Assembly: GCA_001662655.1 (NCBI GenBank)
Contig: KV460246.1
Reading direction: 5' to 3' (one strand)
Source: Pseudogymnoascus verrucosus
Taxonomy: Eukaryota
DNA length: 64,000 bases
The notes beneath the pieces were generated by a model. That model made no database searches, was not told where the DNA came from, and saw only the letters and a program-made list of their open reading frames with translations. Positions 59,004-64,000 of this stretch are shown here, piece by piece (the stretch's first letter is position 1; every line of letters starts with the position of its first letter). Both the position numbers and the translations under genes were made by a program.

Positions 59004-60021
59004 ATGAACATTTTGCTGCAGCAACATCCGACTTTCTTTCCCCATCACCACAACTCCCCGAGACGATCTCCGTCAATATCACGTATGTATCTGTCCTCTT
59101 TGAATCTACCCCGACACTACATCAGTAGCTAACGACCGCCATCGACTTGTAGCCACCCACCTCTCTCCCAGAATGTCCGCCCGCAAGCGAAAAGCCGACG
59201 ATGAACTAGATCCTCGATCTCTCGACGAAGACATGTCTGTCTCTCCTCTTACGTCTCCCGCTATATCATCCCGCCACATCGCTCGCCCATCGAAGAAGAT
59301 CAGAAACAACGAAGTCATAGGCCGGCCGCTCGAACTGCCTCGCCTCCTCGAAACCCTCGATGCGGACTCGCTGAGGAACGTCCTGCAAACAATATGCGAA
59401 CGCCACCCTGAAATCGGACAGGAGGTCGTTACATCAGCACCACGCCCATCTGTTGCATCTACTATTGGCGTCCTTGAGCAATACCAGGAGCGTTTACGGC
59501 AGGCCTTTCCGTTCGGTGGCAATACCGGAAGCGATTACGCATATAATCGCGTTCGAATCCAACTTACCCAACTGATTGACGCCATCAGCGATTTTGTCCC
59601 TCACTACCTTCCTCCACATGAAACACAAGTTACTACGTCTCTGGACTTTCTCGACAGCGTCACTAACATCGTTCACCAACTACCCGACTGGGAAAGCTCG
59701 AGCCACAACCACCACAAAGATAATGCATACGACGAGATCTCACGAGCCTGGGCACGGGTCATAAGCGAAGCAAGCAAGCGCGGAGGAGGAATCCAACTAC
59801 ACAACGGAGGGTGGGATCAGAAACTTCAGAAACACAATGCCATGAGTGGCGGGCAGATGCAGGCAGCTGTCAACGCACTGGGATCAAACTTATACTGTGG
59901 CGGAGCGAACGGATCCTCGAACTCGAACATGAACTCAAACAATGATCCCAATTCTATCCGAAACCAGCTCTTCTCAGGCACATATGGCACCAACCTTCCG
60001 GTGCGTGTGGGACCTTGGTAA
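59004..60021 (+). CDS. STS1: Nuclear proteasome tether Sts1/Cut8, 2 exons
   Basis: RKRKA NLS, GRPLELPRLLETLD, SDYAYNRVR, YLPPHE and IVHQLPDW; intron about 59083-59151. Confidence 0.9.
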
Positions 60022-60241
60022 ACCAATAAACTGGCACGCGGCTCACATCTCACCAGAGACTAAGGTAGACACGGCACGAGGGGAATCCGGTTTATATACC
60101 TACAATATGGCGCGAAGGGAAATAGGGAGGAGCAACAAGGCTCTGTGCATGCGTTTTTGCGCCGGGACTTTGATTACGGGGTGGTGTTTTTATTAATTTG
60201 ATGCTGAGGCATCTCACGACGTTAACGTTACGAATTCATTT

Positions 60242-60258
60242 GAGAGAGAGAGAGAGAG
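60242..60258. repeat. (GA)n microsatellite downstream of STS1
   Basis: About 8-9 GA units. Confidence 0.8.
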
Positions 60259-61218
60259 CAACCGAGTGGGGAATTTTTCTGCATTTTCAGGTACGGTGAT
60301 TGATTTCCAGTACTTGGTCACGGGCGTTCAACTATCGTCGTCGGCGTTTTCGCGGTTGTGGGCTACGTTGTGGTAGGGCGCCGTTTGCTATTGGAGTAAT
60401 CACATGCGCTGGGTTGGGGTCGGTTGGCGCTATGATTGATGGGAGGGCAAGGGATGCTATACGCTACGGGTGAAGGTTCCAGAGTTGGAGTTCGTCCCAT
60501 ATGGACGACTCGCTCATTATGGCGAGAATAGAAGACATATTACAGGAAGATGTGATAATGGTTTTCCTGCGATGCGATCCTCCCGTGTGATGAACCAGCC
60601 TATTACTATGTCAGAAAACCCATGACACCAATTGTCTCACCGCCTTTTGCCACCCACGATGACATATGATATGGGAAGCCATCTACGGATATAGACCACC
60701 TACCAATATAGATTTCATTGGTTTTAAAGAGCTATGGATATTTCGCCCTTCCGTAGTGGCTCTAGGGTTAAAGAATCGACAACATTGCATTATCGTGCGT
60801 CGTGCTGGGTCGTGTCACCTGCCGAGGTGGCAAGGCTGACGAGGCTGACGCGGTCGACAACAGGAGGGGTCGATATTGGTCGTGTGTATATTTGGGCAGT
60901 ACAGTCAGATGGGCTGAAGAAGTGTTTTTGGCTGCTCAGGACAATGAGAATGATGATAGTATCTATACTCGTACTAGATAACAAAGAATAAATTAAGCAG
61001 AACTTCAAAGATTTCCTATTCCCACAGTGATAAACACCTCAAAAGTCCATACGTCGCACAACACATCGTCAACAACCTTAATCCCTGAATCCCACCGCCG
61101 CTTTGTCAGCCTCTCTCACCTCCCCCACCAAAACGCCAAGCCCCCTCCACCTCAACGCCGATAACCGTCGCCAGCTCACCCACCCTCTACCCATCCCACC
61201 AACTGTTCCCCCCCCGCA

Positions 61219-61918
61219 ATGCCACCCGCGCGTCTCCCCCAACTAACTCTCAAGACGCTGCCCGCTCTCGCCGCAATCGCACCCCTCCGACCCTCGCTCC
61301 CGAAATCAAAAACGCACCAGCTGAGAGCTATGGCGTCCGCTGCGCCAGTGAAGTGTGATTGGCTGGTTATTGTGCCTGATCAGCCGGGGAAGCTGGAGGC
61401 GAGGATGGCGGTTAGGAGGTGAGTGATTTTGTTCTCGTGGGTTTTGGGGGGGATGGGAGGTTAATGTATATGGGGTGAAGTGATCATTTGAAGAATGTTA
61501 TGCCGAAGGTTGAGGAGGGGCTTTGGAAGGTGGGGGGTAAGTTTAATTTGGTTTTGTCAATCATTGTCCCTCGTTTCCCCCCTTACTTGCTTTCTGGTAA
61601 CAACAGAAATTGGAAAGCTGTGAACCAAATGCTTCCTGTTTTACCCCGATCGCGAGTTATAGCTCTATACTGATGAATTCGCAGGTGCTACTCTCGATGA
61701 GCCGCCAAAGGAGGGAGAGGCGTTGAAGATCAACGGCTCCTGTTTCATCGCTCATGCAACGACGAAAGAAGAGGTAATGGTGGAGCTCAAGAACGATGTC
61801 TACGCCAAGGGAGAGGTGTGGGATTTTGAAAAGGTATGTAGCACGTCAGGAAGCCAGGAGCTTGCTAACTCTATAGATTCAAATTATGCCATTCAAGGCA
61901 GCTTTCATCAAGCCATAG
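61219..61918 (+). CDS. YCII/YciI-like dimeric alpha-beta barrel protein, 4 exons; alternative start at 61330
   Basis: DWLVIVPDQPGKLEARMAVRSDHLKNV, GGATLDE, GSCFIA and NDVYAKGEVWDFEKIQIMPF; introns 61419-61480, about 61537-61684 and 61834-61876. Confidence 0.85.
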
Positions 61919-62296
61919 AACTGAGATCCGAGATGGATGGGTGGTGGATATGAAGGCCAAGGCGACAGGGGTGGAATTGTTGGTCCTATTAGACTTCAGG
62001 GCAGAAAATACCTTGGAAAAGCTTGAAACTACTTCATGTGTTATGGATCTCTGATAACTTTGATCATTTGTGATATTTCAGTGCCAGTTAAAGCTTTGTC
62101 TATTATTTCACCATATTCATCTTTAAATCGCCATGTTATATTGCAGAACAGTTGTAGTTTTAACTTTCAAATTTTGGAACAAATGATTCCACTTTATACC
62201 AACATCCTATAATCTACATATACGGAGCGTAGCGCTCCAAGAGCAAACAAAAACACATCTAATGCCCCCTTTTTTACTTCAAAATAAACCATCCCT

Positions 62297-64000
62297 CTAA
62301 GCAGACTTCTCCGCAGCAGCCTTAGCCAAAAGGTTCAACGCACTGCCAGCGATAACGAAGCTAGCCTGATCAGGGCTGAAAGTGTGCTTCGTCTCAATCA
62401 CAAACTCCTTTCCACTGGGCTTGGTAACCTTCAGGCTCACCTCACCCTTACCTCCATTCTTCAACATCTCGTACAACCCCACGGTCTCAACCTCGTCACA
62501 CGCATCAATGGCATCGTAGTCCGCCTCGTTCGCAAACGTCAACGGGACAACACCCTGCTTCTTCAGGTTGGTCTCGTGGATGCGCGCGAAGCTCTTGGAG
62601 AGGATGACACGGCCACCGAGGTAACGCGGTTGCAGAGCGGCGTGCTCGCGTGCGGAACCCTCGCCGTAGTTGCTCTCAGCAACAACGAGCCACTCAACGC
62701 CCTGGCTCCTCCACCTCTCAGCAAGCTCTGGGATACCGCTGGTGGAACCATCGACATCGTAAGCGACGTTGACCTCGCCGGTGGCCTTGTTGACGGCGGT
62801 GATGAGGGTGTTGGCGGAGATGTTGGGGAGATGGCCCTTGTATTTCAGCCACGGGCCGGCCGCGGAGATCGTGTCGGTGGTGCACTTGCCGGTGACCTTG
62901 TAGAGGACGCGGAGGCCCTTGAGGTTGCCCTCGGGGAAGGGTGCGAAGGGCTCGAGCAGGGCAAGGCGGTCGGACTTGGGGGATACGACGACGGGGGTCT
63001 CGGGGCTGGGGGCACCGGTTATGGGCTGGAAGTCGGGGTTTCCGGTCTCGAAGCCAGACTGGGGGAGCTCGGAGCCGGAGGGAGCGGAGAACTTGAATTC
63101 GGCGCCGGAGGGAGTGGTGATGGAGTCGGTGAGGGGGTTGAAGGATGTGGATCCGCCGTAAGCCATCGCGGTGACAATCTCAGGTGATGCGAGGAAGTTC
63201 ATGGTATCTGGGTTTCCATCGTTGCGGCCGCGGAAATTGCGGTTGTAAGAGGTGAAAATGGCATTCTCCTCGCCCTTAGCCGGGAGAGGAACCTCCTCAG
63301 TTGCGGTACGCTTCCACTGTCCGATACAGGGTCCGCATGCATTGGCAAGAACGATACCTCCGGATTCCTCGAAGGTGGCGAGGGTGGAGTCACGCTCGAG
63401 AGTGGCGCGAATCTGCTCAGACCCTGGGGTGATGAAGAATGGAACGCTGGGAGTGAGACCAGCTGCGGCGGCCTGTTTGACGAGATCCTCAGCGCGGGTC
63501 ATATCTTCGTATGAAGAGTTTGTGCACGACCCAATGAGGCCTGCCGAGACCTTCTTGGGCCAGCCATTGGCTTCGGAGGTGGCAGCGAATTGCGAAATAG
63601 GTGTCGAGAGATCAGGTGTGAAGGGACCATTCACATATGGCTCTAGCTCGGAAAGATTGATGGTAATAACTTGGTCGTAGTTAGCATTCTCATCAGGGGA
63701 CAGCAGGTTGCGGGCTGATGGGAACGAGGCGATCATCCTTGCTTGACGGGCAATGGAAGCTCGGTGTGTCGACTCGAGATATGGTACCATTCGCTGGGAG
63801 AAGGGGAACAGGGAAGTTGTCGCTCCAACCTCGGCACCCATGTTGCAGATGGTAGCCATGCCTGTGCAGCTTAGCGTATCAACGCCGGGGCCGTGGTATT
63901 CGATGATGAATCCGGTTCCACCCCTGACAGTAAGTTTGCCAGCTAGGTGCATGATGACGTCCTTTGGCGATGCCCAGCCACTGAGTTGGCCTTCCAGGCG
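62297..64000 (-). CDS. ACO2: Mitochondrial aconitase-family protein (Aco2/AcoB-like), 5' part outside window
   Basis: TICNMGAEVGATTS, GLIGSCTNSSYED, ANACGPCIGQW, SYNRNFRGRNDG, YGEGSAREHAA; KCTTDTISAAG has Thr in place of the His of the canonical TTDHIS. Confidence 0.85.
   Translation of the reverse strand, partial: RLEGQLSGWASPKDVIMHLAGKLTVRGGTGFIIEYHGPGVDTLSCTGMATICNMGAEVGATTSLFPFSQRMVPYLESTHRASIARQARMIASFPSARNLLSPDENANYDQVITINLSELEPYVNGPFTPDLSTPISQFAATSEANGWPKKVSAGLIGSCTNSSYEDMTRAEDLVKQAAAAGLTPSVPFFITPGSEQIRATLERDSTLATFEESGGIVLANACGPCIGQWKRTATEEVPLPAKGEENAIFTSYNRNFRGRNDGNPDTMNFLASPEIVTAMAYGGSTSFNPLTDSITTPSGAEFKFSAPSGSELPQSGFETGNPDFQPITGAPSPETPVVVSPKSDRLALLEPFAPFPEGNLKGLRVLYKVTGKCTTDTISAAGPWLKYKGHLPNISANTLITAVNKATGEVNVAYDVDGSTSGIPELAERWRSQGVEWLVVAESNYGEGSAREHAALQPRYLGGRVILSKSFARIHETNLKKQGVVPLTFANEADYDAIDACDEVETVGLYEMLKNGGKGEVSLKVTKPSGKEFVIETKHTFSPDQASFVIAGSALNLLAKAAAEKSA

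Noticed and set aside
59551..59560. GTTCGAATCC, a tRNA T-loop/B-box-like motif
   Set aside because: It is inside the STS1 coding exon with no cloverleaf around it

Overview
Gene-dense eukaryotic DNA from a filamentous ascomycete: short GT-AG introns with CTAAC/CTGAC branch points, and Pezizomycotina-type proteins. A Leotiomycete such as Pseudogymnoascus is my guess and is not proven. I reconstructed about 34 protein-coding genes by eye. Most are conserved housekeeping loci: Nop15, SMN, SERF, Guk1, RecQ, Glr1, Cce1, Cdc10, Mrpl32, Ski8, a PPR protein, Rsm25, Sog2, Sur7/PalI, a PLC-like phosphodiesterase, Lst8, Fmt1, Ccz1, an RBR ligase, Asn synthetase, Ubc9, Pex19, Rpp1, Sts1, YCII and aconitase. 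I saw no transposon, tRNA, rRNA, CRISPR array or secondary-metabolite cluster. The most unusual items are: (i) a ~1.2-kaa orphan protein with a coiled coil, a split RanBP2-like zinc finger, ~16 tandem N/Q-rich 13-aa repeats and an acidic-aromatic patch; (ii) an in-frame, stop-free first intron of LST8 whose 3' end re-encodes the conserved N-terminal strand behind its own ATG; (iii) a 3x49-bp repeat upstream of the PLC-like gene; (iv) sharp C-rich/G-rich compositional switches inside genes; and (v) several two-ATG dual-targeting candidates and Puf-type 3'UTR elements. All family assignments are from motif recognition; no database searches were run.
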